A stretch of 42,997 nt of DNA from an uncultured Rhodothermales bacterium (lineage in GTDB: Bacteria; Bacteroidota; Rhodothermia; Rhodothermales; UBA10348), in the NCBI GenBank assembly GCA_964527795.1, contig CAZGOS010000003.1:1-42997 (forward strand), given 5' to 3'. The notes below the pieces were generated by a model that saw only the letters and a list, made by a program, of their open reading frames with translations, ran no database searches and was not told the origin of the DNA. A program made the translations under genes and the position numbers. Shown in pieces: positions 13,874-25,300 of this stretch. Every line of letters begins with the position of its first letter. Position 1 is the first letter of the stretch.

Positions 13874-13964
13874 TCTGAAGTCAACGCAGTCTGAAAAACA
13901 GCGGCGGAACACGTTGCATAAGAGATGCTGACTGACGAGCTGCGAAGGTGCGAATAATCGAAGT

Positions 13965-14249
13965 TCAGGAGGTGAGCGAGTATTCCGTGAATGAAACGCA
14001 ATAGATAACGATCTTCGAGACCTGCCGGGCCCACGAACGCCGGGTGCGGCTGAATGGGCCTTTCACAGAACCGGATTCCCGAGTTTCATGCTCGACCTGC
14101 GGCGTGCTTCGCCTGACGATGCAAACTCCTCGTGGCTGACCCAACCGATACTTTTCAGAAGCATCAGGGCCATGGCATTGAGTTACGCTTTTAATCGTAC
14201 CGTTCTTTCTGACGACTACGATGAGGTGATTTTCTTCGATCAGACCCAT
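13965..14249 (-). CDS. Orphan ORF, no recognisable family (possibly non-coding or a remnant)
   Basis: Known only as an open frame in a gene-poor patch; I recognise no motif. Confidence 0.15.
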   Translation of the reverse strand: MGLIEENHLIVVVRKNGTIKSVTQCHGPDASEKYRLGQPRGVCIVRRSTPQVEHETRESGSVKGPFSRTRRSWARQVSKIVIYCVSFTEYSLTS

Positions 14250-14460
14250 CCTTCCGTACTACTTCATTGAGTAGACTGATGAATCGTGATCTCATTTAAG
14301 GAGACACGCTCGTAACGAGTTTTTGGTCGTGCAAACGAGTGACTTTTTTTACCCACATATCGCCGCTCTGAAAGAACGGTACGATCATGCAGATAAGTGT
14401 TCTCTTTCGTACTCTGGCAGTGAATGGGAGCCTTACGTCAAACTTTCCGATGTGACGAAA

Positions 14461-14937
14461 ATGAAATATTGTTCGGCTATCTCATGTATTGTCCTACTGG
14501 CCATATTCAGTATTGGAATAAGCGGCTGTTCATCCTCTAACAGTGGAAAACCGGCCTTTGACGCATCGTCCATCCCGGATACGGCGTTCGAGATCCATCT
14601 GTATAGCGAGAGGGATCCGGAAGACTACATTGGATACATCCGGCGAAGACTTGAAGCACTCGGATTTGATATTGGTGATTACAGTCCTGTTGATCGAACG
14701 GTCAGGACGTTATCAACGGACGTTGGGCGCCGGATTTCACTCACGATCTTTGCGTCTACAGACTATGACGTTAACGTTTCCAGAACAATTGCTCGTTTCA
14801 GTGGCCTTGTTGGAGACGACAGAGGTATCGCCCGCTGGAATAGCAGCGATGACGAACAAGCATTTGCTTTTAAAGCATTGGCGGAATACGTGCAAATGAT
14901 CGAACACGAACACCTGGTCTACGCTGTTCAGCAGTAA
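14461..14937 (+). CDS. Hypothetical lipoprotein
   Basis: MKYCSAISCIVLLAIFSIGISGCSSSNSGK is a lipoprotein signal with lipobox ISGC. The longest ORF starts at 14323, but that extension has no signal-peptide logic. No family recognised. Confidence 0.45.
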   Translation: MKYCSAISCIVLLAIFSIGISGCSSSNSGKPAFDASSIPDTAFEIHLYSERDPEDYIGYIRRRLEALGFDIGDYSPVDRTVRTLSTDVGRRISLTIFASTDYDVNVSRTIARFSGLVGDDRGIARWNSSDDEQAFAFKALAEYVQMIEHEHLVYAVQQ

Positions 14938-15596
14938 ACCAGCAAGACATACGGCCCAGGACGAGTAGCGACTATTGATCCTCGTCGTCAAAATCGTCCC
15001 AATCCGTTTCTTCGTCTTCCCAGTCAGTTTCTTCTGAGTCTGATTCGTCTTTCTTCGTCGAAATTTCCGTAATCGCCGTAATCGCCCTCGGACGAATCGC
15101 CGTCGCCGATCACCCGCGATATCGGCTGCCCAGCTCGCCGGATCGACGAAATCCGGTTCGAATTTCCGGCACGGTCCCTGCAGTGGAAGGGCTAAATCAA
15201 GAAAAAATATCGTAATGATCTATTGATGCATTAGCGGCGTACTCGAAAGCCGGTCCGGAAAATTGTATCCAATAAAAGCAAGGACTGGTATCGAGCCGCC
15301 GGTATGCTGCCCTCAATGATCAATCGCTAATAGTAATGGTTTCAATCCTATTAATCTCAACACTCGTTCTCTGGCTGGCATCAACGCTGCTACTTATTCC
15401 TTTCGCCCATCATGTGTCTGACAGGCGAAAAATGAACGAACGCCCACCGCATTCAAAAAGCTGATGTCAAGATGGCCGTCAACACGGTCCGGAACGGCAA
15501 CGGCCGACTGAACGACACTTCTCACGGAAATTGTAACGGAAACTGAAAATCTCGTGGGAGCGAGAATGGTTTCATCAGCGGCCGCGACGACGCGCC

Positions 15597-16667
15597 TTAT
15601 CGAATCCTCGGCTTCCACCGTCCTTCCGAATAGACGCTACGAATGTCCACGAGGACTTCGCGGTCGAACATGAGCTGTTCACCGCCGGCGACATCGACTG
15701 ATTCAACGGGAGCAATTCTCAGGTCATAATTCTCCCATCCCATGTAGTCGACGAGAATGCGCTGGAATTCCAGGTCAACAATGCCGTCGATTGTGCCGTC
15801 GTAGAAACCACGCACCGTCCACATTTCCTGGAATTCACGCGCCAGTGCTTCGTCAACCGGAATCATGTTTTCCCGCTGCGACTGCGTAAAGTAAAGATTG
15901 TTGAGTTTGTAGAGGCGCTCAAGCTCTGCAATCGGAGTCTCGTGGTCATACACCGAGATGTCGATGAAATTGTCCATACCGTCATAACCGGCGCCCTCCC
16001 GTACGACAAGGAGCGCTGCGCTCTGCTCACCGCGCTGGTCTCCACCGGCCTTTCCACCCGCCACCAGCGCCGCCACCAGTCGATCGGCGAGTGAGCCTTC
16101 CGTGGACTGGAAGGCATCGGCCATGGCTTCTACGGTCTCTTTCGAAACCAGAATGTTTCCCTGCGCTGTAAATCCATACCCGGTCAGCACGGTGCCGACG
16201 TTGCCCTGCTCCGGTCCCATCGCCGCTACGCTGGAATCCCTTTGCCCTATTCGTGCACCCTGCCAGGCAAACGCACCGCTTCCCGTCCATGTGGCTGCGT
16301 TCCCACGGGCATCCACCATGCCAACCTGCCTGTCTTCTCGGCCCTCATCTCCCCGAAGCACGATACGAAGCGCCTCCTCGGCGGTCGCTCCGTCTTCCAT
16401 GAGTGCGAGCCCCTTGATACCGTAGTCGAGCTCCACGAAGCTCTGCGTGGCAACGGCTCCAACGCCTGCTCGGGCCCATGGCACGACCGGACGAAGGTTC
16501 GGAAATTTCGATTGCACGACAACCCCCAGATCTCCGTTCTCCGGATCGAATGCGACCATCGAGAACGTGGACACGAGCGGATCCCTGGACGATTGGTTCA
16601 GAAAAAACAGGGCGGCGGACAGAGCGGCAACTGAGACAAGCGCACGTGCGATAATGGAGCGTTTCAT
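15597..16667 (-). CDS. DUF1028-family (Ntn-hydrolase-like) secreted protein with a C-terminal peptidoglycan-binding-like domain
   Basis: STFSMVAFDPENGDLGVVVQSKFPNLRPVVPWARAGVGAVATQS is the DUF1028 N-terminal signature, with Thr/Ser after the signal peptide. The C-terminal FQEMWTVRGFYDGTIDGIVDLEFQRILVDYMGWENYDLR matches the PG-binding-like tail common in this family. The start at MKRSII (16667) is preferred over 16733. Confidence 0.75.
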   Translation of the reverse strand: MKRSIIARALVSVAALSAALFFLNQSSRDPLVSTFSMVAFDPENGDLGVVVQSKFPNLRPVVPWARAGVGAVATQSFVELDYGIKGLALMEDGATAEEALRIVLRGDEGREDRQVGMVDARGNAATWTGSGAFAWQGARIGQRDSSVAAMGPEQGNVGTVLTGYGFTAQGNILVSKETVEAMADAFQSTEGSLADRLVAALVAGGKAGGDQRGEQSAALLVVREGAGYDGMDNFIDISVYDHETPIAELERLYKLNNLYFTQSQRENMIPVDEALAREFQEMWTVRGFYDGTIDGIVDLEFQRILVDYMGWENYDLRIAPVESVDVAGGEQLMFDREVLVDIRSVYSEGRWKPRIR

Positions 16668-16792
16668 ACGGCAGAGATGATGAGTCTTGATTTCACAAGG
16701 ATAGAGAATGTGCACACTCGGAAGGATTTTCACAGGGTCCCGCGCAACGATTTCCGAAAACGATTACTTAGAACGATTGCTTAAACCACTGC

Positions 16793-18841
16793 TTAGAACA
16801 AAATGTTGACACCGCCTTGAAACGTGCGACCGGATCCCGGATCGAAATAGCGACGACTTCTCGAATTGATCGTGACCGAGGTCACATATTTCTCGTTGAA
16901 CAGATTGTTCACCTGCACGAACGGACGGATCATCGCCGATCCCGCGGATATGCCTGAATGCGATAGATTTACATCAGCCAGCGAATAAGCATCCGTTCTC
17001 GCCGTATTTGCATCGTCCACGAAATAAGAATCCACGAATAACATATTGAACTGCAGCACCATATTTCCCGGTGTCATGACTGCCGAGAAAGTGAGCTGGG
17101 TCTCCGGAACACCCGGCAGACGGTTTCCGTCAAGCGGCTCTTCCCTGAACTCAAATCTACCCCTCGTGAGCGCAGTACCCAGTTCTACATCGGGCGCGGG
17201 AACCCAGGAAAAAGAAGCTTCGATGCCGACGTGAATGTTTTCGCCCCCGTTTCGAAAAAAGGTTCGTTCGCCACCCTCTTCGGTCTGAAAGGCGACGAGA
17301 CGATCCTGAACGATCAAACGATAGACGGCTATGTCGGCAGCAAATCCCGTGTCATTCTTTCTGGTTCGAATTCCCGCTTCCACTCCCACGGTTCTCTGGG
17401 CATCCAGATCCGGATTGAATCCCCCCGTCAGATCAGGGCGATTCACCAGTTCCGTCGTTGTCGGTGTTTCGAAGGCAGTGCCCACATCGGCATAGACGGT
17501 TGCGCCCGGCAACTGATACGAAAATCCAAGAACCGGACTGAACGCCTGAAACGTGCGTTTACCGGACTGATCACCATTAAGAAGAAGATCGTCTTCCATT
17601 TTGAATCGAACGTAGTCAAACCTCGCCCCCGCGACGAACCGAACTCGATTGGAAACGGAATACGAGAATACGGAGCGAACCGAGCCGTTCAGCACACGCT
17701 CATTCTGATCCAGTTTTAGATCGGTCCCCCGCCCCCCTTCCACCGTATTCCAGTTCTTGCGCTTATCCGATTGAAATCGAATGTCAGCACCGACGGCCAG
17801 TGTCAGCCGAGACGCCGGCGTCTGCAATGATACATCCGCGCCACCCGCTTGTCGGTCAAGGTCAATGAAGGCAAAAGGAAGGGGATTTCGGAGAGCCCGC
17901 CTGATCCAGTGCGCCGACACGGTCACCAGGCCAAAACCCGTCTGCTGAAGAAAATCTGTTCCCAGTTGAACCTGCCGGCTCTCCTTGCCGGCTTTCTGCC
18001 TCTTGAAGAACGCGCTGGCGAGCGTGGGATCCGCCTCATATTCGACCCTGGTCAGCGAGCCCGGATGGTCTGCGCGTTGATCAGCCGCCGCACCCCTGAA
18101 ATTCAGAACTGAAGAAGATCCCACGTTAAAACGAGCGAGAAGCGCTCCCCGGGTGAATCGTCCTGAACTATGATCGCGGTATCCGTCGCGTGATATGGAC
18201 GATGCATATACTTTGATCCGGTGCTTGTCCAACCGGAGATTAGTCTCACCGACCGCCTGCATGAGCCCATCCGATCCTGCCGAGAGACGTACGCGCGTGG
18301 CATAGTCGTCTCGATTTCTACTCGTCGACAGAAAAAGGGCTCCGCCACTCCCGTTTCCCCAGAATACCGATACCGGACCGCGAATGAGTTCGGCCGACGT
18401 AATCATGCCCGGATCGACGATGTCGGCGATAGACTGTCCATCGGGCAGCGTGAGAGGGATACCGTCGAGAACGATCTGAACACCACGAACACCGAACGGT
18501 GCGCGGCTGCCCATTCCTCTTACTATGAGCCGCTCACCAACGGCAAAATGGTTGCGATCACTCAAGAACAGGCCCGGAATTCCGCGCAGGGTCTGCTCGA
18601 GTGATGTGCCGGGCGCCGTATCGACGATCTGCTGCGGTCGCCGTATCGAGACAAGAGAGAATGGTGATGTTGCTTCCGTACCGAGTCCCCGCGTGGCGGA
18701 TACCCGAACTTCCGGAAGCGCAACGTGCACGGAATCCTGTGCAAATACAGGCAACGGCGTTGCCGGCGCCAGACCGGATACGATCAAAGCGACCGAAAAG
18801 GCGCGATAATATGCACGGGGCAGTTTCGTTCGGAAACACAT
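16793..18841 (-). CDS. TonB-dependent outer-membrane receptor
   Basis: Signal peptide then a plug domain (PEVRVSATRG...SLEQTLRGIPGLFLSDRNHFAVGERLIVRGMGS...GVQIVLDGIPLTLPDGQ), a long beta-barrel and a terminal ...GGVNILF. The start is uncertain (18841 or 18865); the longest ORF (18928) would overlap the rodA 3' end. Confidence 0.85.
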   Translation of the reverse strand: MCFRTKLPRAYYRAFSVALIVSGLAPATPLPVFAQDSVHVALPEVRVSATRGLGTEATSPFSLVSIRRPQQIVDTAPGTSLEQTLRGIPGLFLSDRNHFAVGERLIVRGMGSRAPFGVRGVQIVLDGIPLTLPDGQSIADIVDPGMITSAELIRGPVSVFWGNGSGGALFLSTSRNRDDYATRVRLSAGSDGLMQAVGETNLRLDKHRIKVYASSISRDGYRDHSSGRFTRGALLARFNVGSSSVLNFRGAAADQRADHPGSLTRVEYEADPTLASAFFKRQKAGKESRQVQLGTDFLQQTGFGLVTVSAHWIRRALRNPLPFAFIDLDRQAGGADVSLQTPASRLTLAVGADIRFQSDKRKNWNTVEGGRGTDLKLDQNERVLNGSVRSVFSYSVSNRVRFVAGARFDYVRFKMEDDLLLNGDQSGKRTFQAFSPVLGFSYQLPGATVYADVGTAFETPTTTELVNRPDLTGGFNPDLDAQRTVGVEAGIRTRKNDTGFAADIAVYRLIVQDRLVAFQTEEGGERTFFRNGGENIHVGIEASFSWVPAPDVELGTALTRGRFEFREEPLDGNRLPGVPETQLTFSAVMTPGNMVLQFNMLFVDSYFVDDANTARTDAYSLADVNLSHSGISAGSAMIRPFVQVNNLFNEKYVTSVTINSRSRRYFDPGSGRTFQGGVNILF

Positions 18842-18902
18842 TCGACACCATATTCGGAAATGCATTCGCAGTTGAACCTTCGATTCGATATACGAGTGGA
18901 AC

Positions 18903-20162
18903 TCAGTACCCATAAATCGAGAAGTCATCTCTCCGCATATATAGAGAAATCACGATAGCCAGTAGCGCCGTATTAGCCAGTAGCGCTGAACCGCCGTACG
19001 AAAGAAACGGAAGCGGAATACCGATCACGGGAAGAATGGCGGTCGCCATCCCGATGTTAATGAAGATGTGTATTAGATAGATGCCCACGGCGCCCGCGGC
19101 CACCATCACAGCGAACGGGTGTTTGATTCTGCTACCGAGTTGAATGAGCCGGAGCAGCAGTCCCAGAAACAGCGCCAGCACGACCAACGAGCCGAGAAAA
19201 CCGAACTCTTCTCCGATAACGCTGAATACGAAGTCCGTCGACTGCTCCGAAACGAAAACACCTTGCGTTTGCGTACCCTGCATGAATCCTTTTCCAGCCC
19301 ATCCACCGGATCCGATGGCGGCCATGGATTGAACCTGCTGAAATCCTTCGTTTAATCGGAATTGCTCCGATCCGGGATCCGTGAAGGAAAGGATGCGAGC
19401 CACCTGATGCGGTTGTAGCAACTGTGTGAGCGCGAGCGAGGCAACGAGCACGGTACCGACCGAAAACAAGCCGCTTATCCATGTCAGATTGCGGTCACGG
19501 GTACGGAAGTACATGATCAGCGTAAAACCTATCGCAAATAACCAGGCGCCCGGTTCATAAACGATGGAAAGGTATCCGGCTACGGCAGGAGCGATCATGA
19601 TAAGCAGAAGATCCAGTTCGAGGCCACTCCAGAACAGCGCAATCGGAATAAATCCGATAAATACCAGGGCCGTGCCCATGTCGTTTTGCAACACGATCAG
19701 AAACGCGGGAATCAGGATCATGCCCACCACCAGGAGGGCGAAGCGAATGCCCATTCTCTTCGGGCGACGAATACCAACGACCTGCGCCACGCCCAGGACC
19801 ATTCCAACCTTGGCGAGTTCAGACACCTGAAGCTGCATGGATCCGATCATGATCCACGATTTTGCTCCGTTGATTTCCCTGCCAAACAGCAGAGCTCCCA
19901 GCAGCAGAAGAACTGTGAACACATAGATCGGAAAAGCCGTCTGCTGGTAAAAACGAACAGGCAAAAGCATTGCAATAATCAAAGCGATTCCGGAGACGGC
20001 AAACCAGAGAAGCTGCCTGTCGAAATTCCTTCTCACGCTGGCCAACAGGAATTCGGAAGCCGGGCTATTCGTGGCTGAAAAAATGGCCGTCAGTCCGACA
20101 ATTACGAGCGAGCACCAAAAAAATAGGCTCAAAAAATCGAGATTGTTATACCAGGTGCGCAC
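18903..20162 (-). CDS. rodA: SEDS-family peptidoglycan glycosyltransferase RodA
   Basis: FtsW/RodA/SpoVE signatures are present (GSGGWAGKGFMQGTQTQ...SEQSTDFVFSVIGEEFGFLGS...PVIGIPLPFLSYGGSALLAN). It lies directly downstream of the PBP2 gene. Confidence 0.9.
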   Translation of the reverse strand: MRTWYNNLDFLSLFFWCSLVIVGLTAIFSATNSPASEFLLASVRRNFDRQLLWFAVSGIALIIAMLLPVRFYQQTAFPIYVFTVLLLLGALLFGREINGAKSWIMIGSMQLQVSELAKVGMVLGVAQVVGIRRPKRMGIRFALLVVGMILIPAFLIVLQNDMGTALVFIGFIPIALFWSGLELDLLLIMIAPAVAGYLSIVYEPGAWLFAIGFTLIMYFRTRDRNLTWISGLFSVGTVLVASLALTQLLQPHQVARILSFTDPGSEQFRLNEGFQQVQSMAAIGSGGWAGKGFMQGTQTQGVFVSEQSTDFVFSVIGEEFGFLGSLVVLALFLGLLLRLIQLGSRIKHPFAVMVAAGAVGIYLIHIFINIGMATAILPVIGIPLPFLSYGGSALLANTALLAIVISLYMRRDDFSIYGY

Positions 20163-20188
20163 TGATTCTCTTTCCGTTTCTAATTCGA

Positions 20189-22018
20189 TCAGGGAATTAT
20201 CGACGCCAGTTGTTCCGGTAGCGCTCCACTGGAGTTTTCCAATACTTGCCGGAAAAGCCAGTTACGTGCCGGCGAAATCTGGCCCGTTAAATACCGCTCC
20301 GCCATAAAACTGGCGATGGGCCCGGCAGTCATCGACCCGAAACCAATGTTTTCCACCATAACGGCGATGGCGATCTGTGGCTCATCGAACGGTGCGAACA
20401 TCACAAATACAGAATCGTCTTCGCCACGACTGTTCTGAGCCGTTCCCGTTTTCCCGGCACTGGGCACCCCGGGTATTTCCAACCAGGGGCTTGTCTCGGT
20501 CATTACGTCCCGAAGAGCTCTTCGTACAATTTCGAAGTAACGTGGATTGATCGATATCTGAGACGGTTCTGCCGGCACGACTGCCTCGATATCGCCGGTC
20601 AATGGATCCTCCGTAAACCGTACCAGGTACGGTGTAACGAGTGTGCCGCCATTTGCGATGGCGGCGATGTAACGCGCAAGCTGCATGGGTGTGACACCCA
20701 TGTCGCCCTGGCCGACCCCCAGACTCATCGGTGTTCCAACGTTCCAGCCGTCGGGATATACACGATTATAGTAGGCAGAATCCGGAATGAGTCCGGCACC
20801 CTGTTCGCGTATATCAATCGCGGCCATTTCTCCGAATCCGAACGAGTGGGCGTAGCGACTGAACGTATTGACATCAACACGTGTCATCATTTCGAAGAAA
20901 AACGTGTTGCATGATTCCCGGATGGCAGCTTCGACCGCGATATTTCCATGCACGTGCAGGCACCGAAACATTCCGGGGCCACCGCGCGGATGATAGCCGG
21001 CGCAGTACACCGTCGACGACGGAGTGATGACGCCTTCTTCGAGAGCCATCAGCGCCACGAAGGGTTTGAATGTGGAACCTGGAGGAAGCAGACTCGACGT
21101 GGCTCGATTGAAAATGGGTTTTTCCAGACTGGCTGTCAGGTATTCCCAGGTCTCCGGTTTGATCGCCTTGGAAAAAACATCCAGGTCGTAGTCCGGCGCG
21201 CTCAACATCGTGAGGATTTCTCCCGTATTGACATCAAGCGCTACGGCGGCACCGCGTTTGTTTACGAAGAGCGACTCTGCGAGCGCCTGGATTTCGTTGT
21301 CAATAGTCAGATGCAGGTTACGCCCGCTTTGAGAATCTATATCCCTGGATCCATCCAGATAGGATTCAGTGATCTGACCATACCTGTTCACGAGGTTAAA
21401 CTCGCTCCCGAGTTTGCCGCGCACCATGCGCTCGTACGTACGTTCCAGTCCGGATTGACCGATCAGATCACCCAATCGATACCCTTCATCCCGCCTTGCT
21501 TCGAGATCCGGTTCACTGATCTGACGAACATAGCCCAGCACGTGCGAGGCACGCGCTTTCGATTTATACAGTCGTTTTTGATCAACCTCGTACGAGATAC
21601 CGGGCAGACGATTGTGGTTTTCGAGAACGCGAGCCAACACATCGAACGAAATTCCTCGGACGAGCAAACTCGAACGAAATGAGTTCCACCTACGGGCCTT
21701 GTGCACGCGATCGGAGATGACCGAATCGGGCATCGCTAACAGCTCGGCCAGTAAGGGAATCGTTTCCGTATCGAAATAAAGTGGAGTAACGAGAAGAGAA
21801 TAAGCCGGTTCATTGTCGACGAGAAGCACACCGCTGCGGTCGAAGATGGCACCACGGGCGGGAAGAATGCGGCGCTCTCGAACGGCGTTACTCCGCGATT
21901 CCCCGGAATAAGCGGACGTGTCGATGATCTGCAGTTTGAAAAGTCGGAGTGTCAGCACACCCAGAATCGCACAAATGAGGACGACAAAGAGACGGGTCCG
22001 AGTGCGATTTTCTTCCAT
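20189..22018 (-). CDS. mrdA: Penicillin-binding protein 2 (elongasome transpeptidase)
   Basis: N-terminal TM anchor, a PBP dimerisation domain, and the transpeptidase motifs STFKP, SCN and KTGTAQ. It pairs with rodA. Confidence 0.9.
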   Translation of the reverse strand: MEENRTRTRLFVVLICAILGVLTLRLFKLQIIDTSAYSGESRSNAVRERRILPARGAIFDRSGVLLVDNEPAYSLLVTPLYFDTETIPLLAELLAMPDSVISDRVHKARRWNSFRSSLLVRGISFDVLARVLENHNRLPGISYEVDQKRLYKSKARASHVLGYVRQISEPDLEARRDEGYRLGDLIGQSGLERTYERMVRGKLGSEFNLVNRYGQITESYLDGSRDIDSQSGRNLHLTIDNEIQALAESLFVNKRGAAVALDVNTGEILTMLSAPDYDLDVFSKAIKPETWEYLTASLEKPIFNRATSSLLPPGSTFKPFVALMALEEGVITPSSTVYCAGYHPRGGPGMFRCLHVHGNIAVEAAIRESCNTFFFEMMTRVDVNTFSRYAHSFGFGEMAAIDIREQGAGLIPDSAYYNRVYPDGWNVGTPMSLGVGQGDMGVTPMQLARYIAAIANGGTLVTPYLVRFTEDPLTGDIEAVVPAEPSQISINPRYFEIVRRALRDVMTETSPWLEIPGVPSAGKTGTAQNSRGEDDSVFVMFAPFDEPQIAIAVMVENIGFGSMTAGPIASFMAERYLTGQISPARNWLFRQVLENSSGALPEQLASIIP

Positions 22019-22389
22019 ATGAATGTCCGCTGATTAAGACAGCAAGCTTATTGTCCGTCCTGAGTGCAGGACCGTTTCTTCATCCGGAACGTGTAATCGT
22101 GAATCTGCGCCTACCGTTCGCCTGCCTGCATCTTCCGACTGGGACACGCTATCGGCCATTGGCAAAGATCGCGGAGCTATTGGGATCGGTTATTGCGACA
22201 ATCAACCGTGCCGGAAATTAATCGTCCCGCCGGCAACAGCCTTCCTGCTGCCCCGTTACATTGTTGTGCCTGAAGACACAAACGAGTAAATGGAACGGCG
22301 GTTTCGAGGATTATTCGGGACGGCCAGGGTAGCCGGATATCCTAAGACTCATAAGCGGGAGTGCGTCACCGACACACACGATTGATCAA

Positions 22390-25300
22390 ATGAAAAGAAA
22401 AACGGAAAGGATCGACGTCTGGACGAAGCACGCACTCGGTGCCATTATTCTAATGTTTATAGCTGTAGCGCTTGCTGTCCCGGATCCGGCATTGGCACAG
22501 TATTTCGGACGGAACAAGGTTCAGTACGACAGTTTTGAATTTCAGAGTTTCGAAACGGACCATTTCGAAATCTATCTCTATCCGGAAGAAGAACGTGCTG
22601 TGAGGGACGCCGCACGAATGGCAGAGCGTTGGTATGAGCGTCATACCAGATCGTTTTTAAGAGAGTTCTTTGAGCGTAAGCCGATCATTTTTTATGCGAA
22701 CGACGCCGATTTCCAGCAGACGAATGCGATCGGAGGTTCCATCAGTGAGGGAATTGGCGGCGTGACGGAGTCTCTCAAAGAGAGGGTAATCATGCCCCTC
22801 ACCGGAAGCTACCGTGAGACCGATCACGTGCTTGGTCACGAGCTTGTGCACTCGTTCCAGTACGACATAGGCCTTTCCCGCACGGATTCTATCCTTTTTT
22901 CCATGCAATACCTTCCCGGCTGGCTGATAGAGGGAATGGCCGAGTATTTCTCAGTTGGAAGGGAAGATCCACACACGGCGATGTGGATGCGTGATGCGGC
23001 CATCCGCGATGATCTTCCTACCATTCGCCAGATCACGACGGATGCAAGCTACTTCCCCTACCGCTACGGCCAGGCCTATCTCGCCTACGTTGGTGGTAAG
23101 TATGGCGATGCAGCTGTGGCCAACCTTTATAAACTGGGCGGGCGCATCGGGCTCGATTCAGCCTTCGTCTATACGATCGGTATTACAGCGGATTCCCTGT
23201 CGACCGAGTGGATTTCCGCCGTGAAGGATGCCTATCTGCCGCTCGTTGAAGGCCGCACTCCGTTTAACGAGGCGGGGCACCGAGTGCTGGCGAGCGACAT
23301 TGACGCCGGCGACATCAATATTTCTCCGGTTGTCAGTCCAGACGGACAGTACGTGGCCTTTCTTTCGGAAATAGATCTTTTCAATATCAATCTTTTCATC
23401 GCCGATGCGTCAACGGGTAAGGTTGTAAAAAAGCTCAAGGGAACGTTCCGCGATTCGCACTTCGATTCAATTCGATTTATCAGCTCCGCCGGATCGTGGT
23501 CTCCTGATGGACAGCGTTTTGCCTTCATTACGTTCGTAGCGGGCGACAACGAAATCTCGATTCTCGACTGGAACACGGGCATCATCGAGGAGCGCATCTC
23601 CGTTGCAGGCGTATCCGCGATTTCAAATCCGGCCTGGTCACCCGACGGTCGCACAATCGCGTTTTCGGGCCTGGACGGAGGCATCAGCGATATCTATTTG
23701 CTCGATCTTCCGACAAAGAAAGTAACGCAGTTGACTGACGATCGTTATGCCGATCTGCAGCCGGCCTGGTCACCGGACGGCCGCACGCTGGCATTTGTTA
23801 CGGATCGCGGACCGGGCGGTACGAATTTCCAAACGCTTGATTTCGCCAAGGAACGTCTGGCGATCATGGACACGGAAACGCTGGAGTTGAATGTGCTCCG
23901 CCCGTTTGACGGTCGGCATTCCAATCCGCAATTCTCGCCGGACGGACGAAACCTGTACTTCATATCTGATCATGACGGATTCAAGGACATTTACCGCTTG
24001 GCCCTTGATTCGGAAGACGTCTTCAAAATCACGAATCTTCAGACCGGCGTCTCCGGAATCACGTCGATGTCACCGGCCATGTCGGTCGCGATGCAGAGTG
24101 GTCGGATGATGTTCTCAGTGTACAGCGATGGTGATTACTCGGTCTTCTCGAAGGAACCGGATGAGCTTGAAGGATCTCTCGTTCAGCAGACGCAGCCCGC
24201 TTCGCCGTCAGTGGCAGGCATTCTTCCGCCCCTGCGCGCAGTTGATGCAGGATTGGTCGGTAACTACCTGAACGATCCGCTCACCGGTCTTCCGGACGAC
24301 CAGGATTTTGAAATGTCCGACTACAACGCGCGACTGAAGCTGGACTACGTCGCTCCGCCGACGATCGGCGTCTCGGCCGGTGGACCGTATGGGGGCGGTC
24401 TTCAAGGTGGTGTCGCGCTGTTCTTCAGCGACATGCTCGGTAATCATAACCTGGCAATCGTCGCCCAGGCGAACGGCACCTTCAAGGATGTTGGTGCGCA
24501 GGTCCAGTATACAAATCGGGCTCGCCGACTCAACTACGGTGGATCGGTCGCGCATATTCCGATTTTATTCGGTGGATATCTGGCTCCGAGCATTGGCCCG
24601 GATCCGGACGGGGTAATCTCGGAGATCTACGGACAACTCCGTCAGCGAATCTATATCGATCTGCTTCAGGCAAACGCCTCTTATCCGTTTACGACCACAC
24701 GTCGATTCGAATTTTCCGCAGGTGTTACGAGATATGGATTCGATTACGAAGTGGACCGATTCTTTGTGAATCAGTTTGGCGTCCGGAGGGAGCGAACAGA
24801 TCTGAATGAAATGGAACCGGACCCCGTCTACTATGCCCAGGCCGGATTGGCACTCGTCTCGGATTATTCATTCATTGGCTTTACTTCGCCGGTTCGAGGC
24901 GGACGATCCCGACTGGAAGTAACCCCGTCCATAGGTTCTCAGAACTACGTTCGACTACTGGCCGATCTCAGACGGTACATTTATCTGAAGCCGTTTACGT
25001 TGGCTATTCGCGGTTTGCACATCGGCAATTACGGCGTGAAGGATCGGGACGATGCCCTCTTTACAAGTGAATATCTGGGCTATACGTATGGAAGCGGCTT
25101 CATCCGTGGGTACGGGTTCAGTACATTTAATGGACTCGATTGTCTCGGCACGTCTCAGGAGTGCCTTGCGGAACAGGATCGCCTGATTGGTACGCGTATC
25201 GTAACGGCGAGCATGGAGTTTCGCATTCCTTTGCTAGGCACGAGCGCCTTCGGTCTGATCGAGTTTCCATACCTGCCGACCGAGTTGACCTTCTTCGTTG

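Noticed and set aside
14972-15110. Acidic D/E/W-rich peptide coding potential on the minus strand (a possible small acidic protein gene)
   Set aside because: Hand translation shows no ATG/GTG/TTG start in the frame ending ..DDFDDEDQ*. An upstream in-frame stop is present, and the related GDYGDYGNFDEE stretch is in a different frame. At best it is a decayed remnant, so it is reported only as part of the gene-poor patch.
15394-15618. 74-aa minus-strand ORF overlapping the 3' end of the DUF1028 gene
   Set aside because: It overlaps the stop region of a well-supported gene on the same strand, has no motif or RBS and is compositionally unremarkable. Likely spurious.
22019-22389. 370-bp intergenic region checked for a small RNA. 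The GGCAGCAGGAAGGCTGTTGCC segment on the minus strand superficially recalls the SRP RNA GGAAGCAGCC core.
   Set aside because: I could not build the conserved SRP domain IV helix with its symmetric and asymmetric loops and GNRA tetraloop, and the pairing is poor. It is more simply the divergent promoter region for mrdA-rodA and the peptidase-barrel gene.
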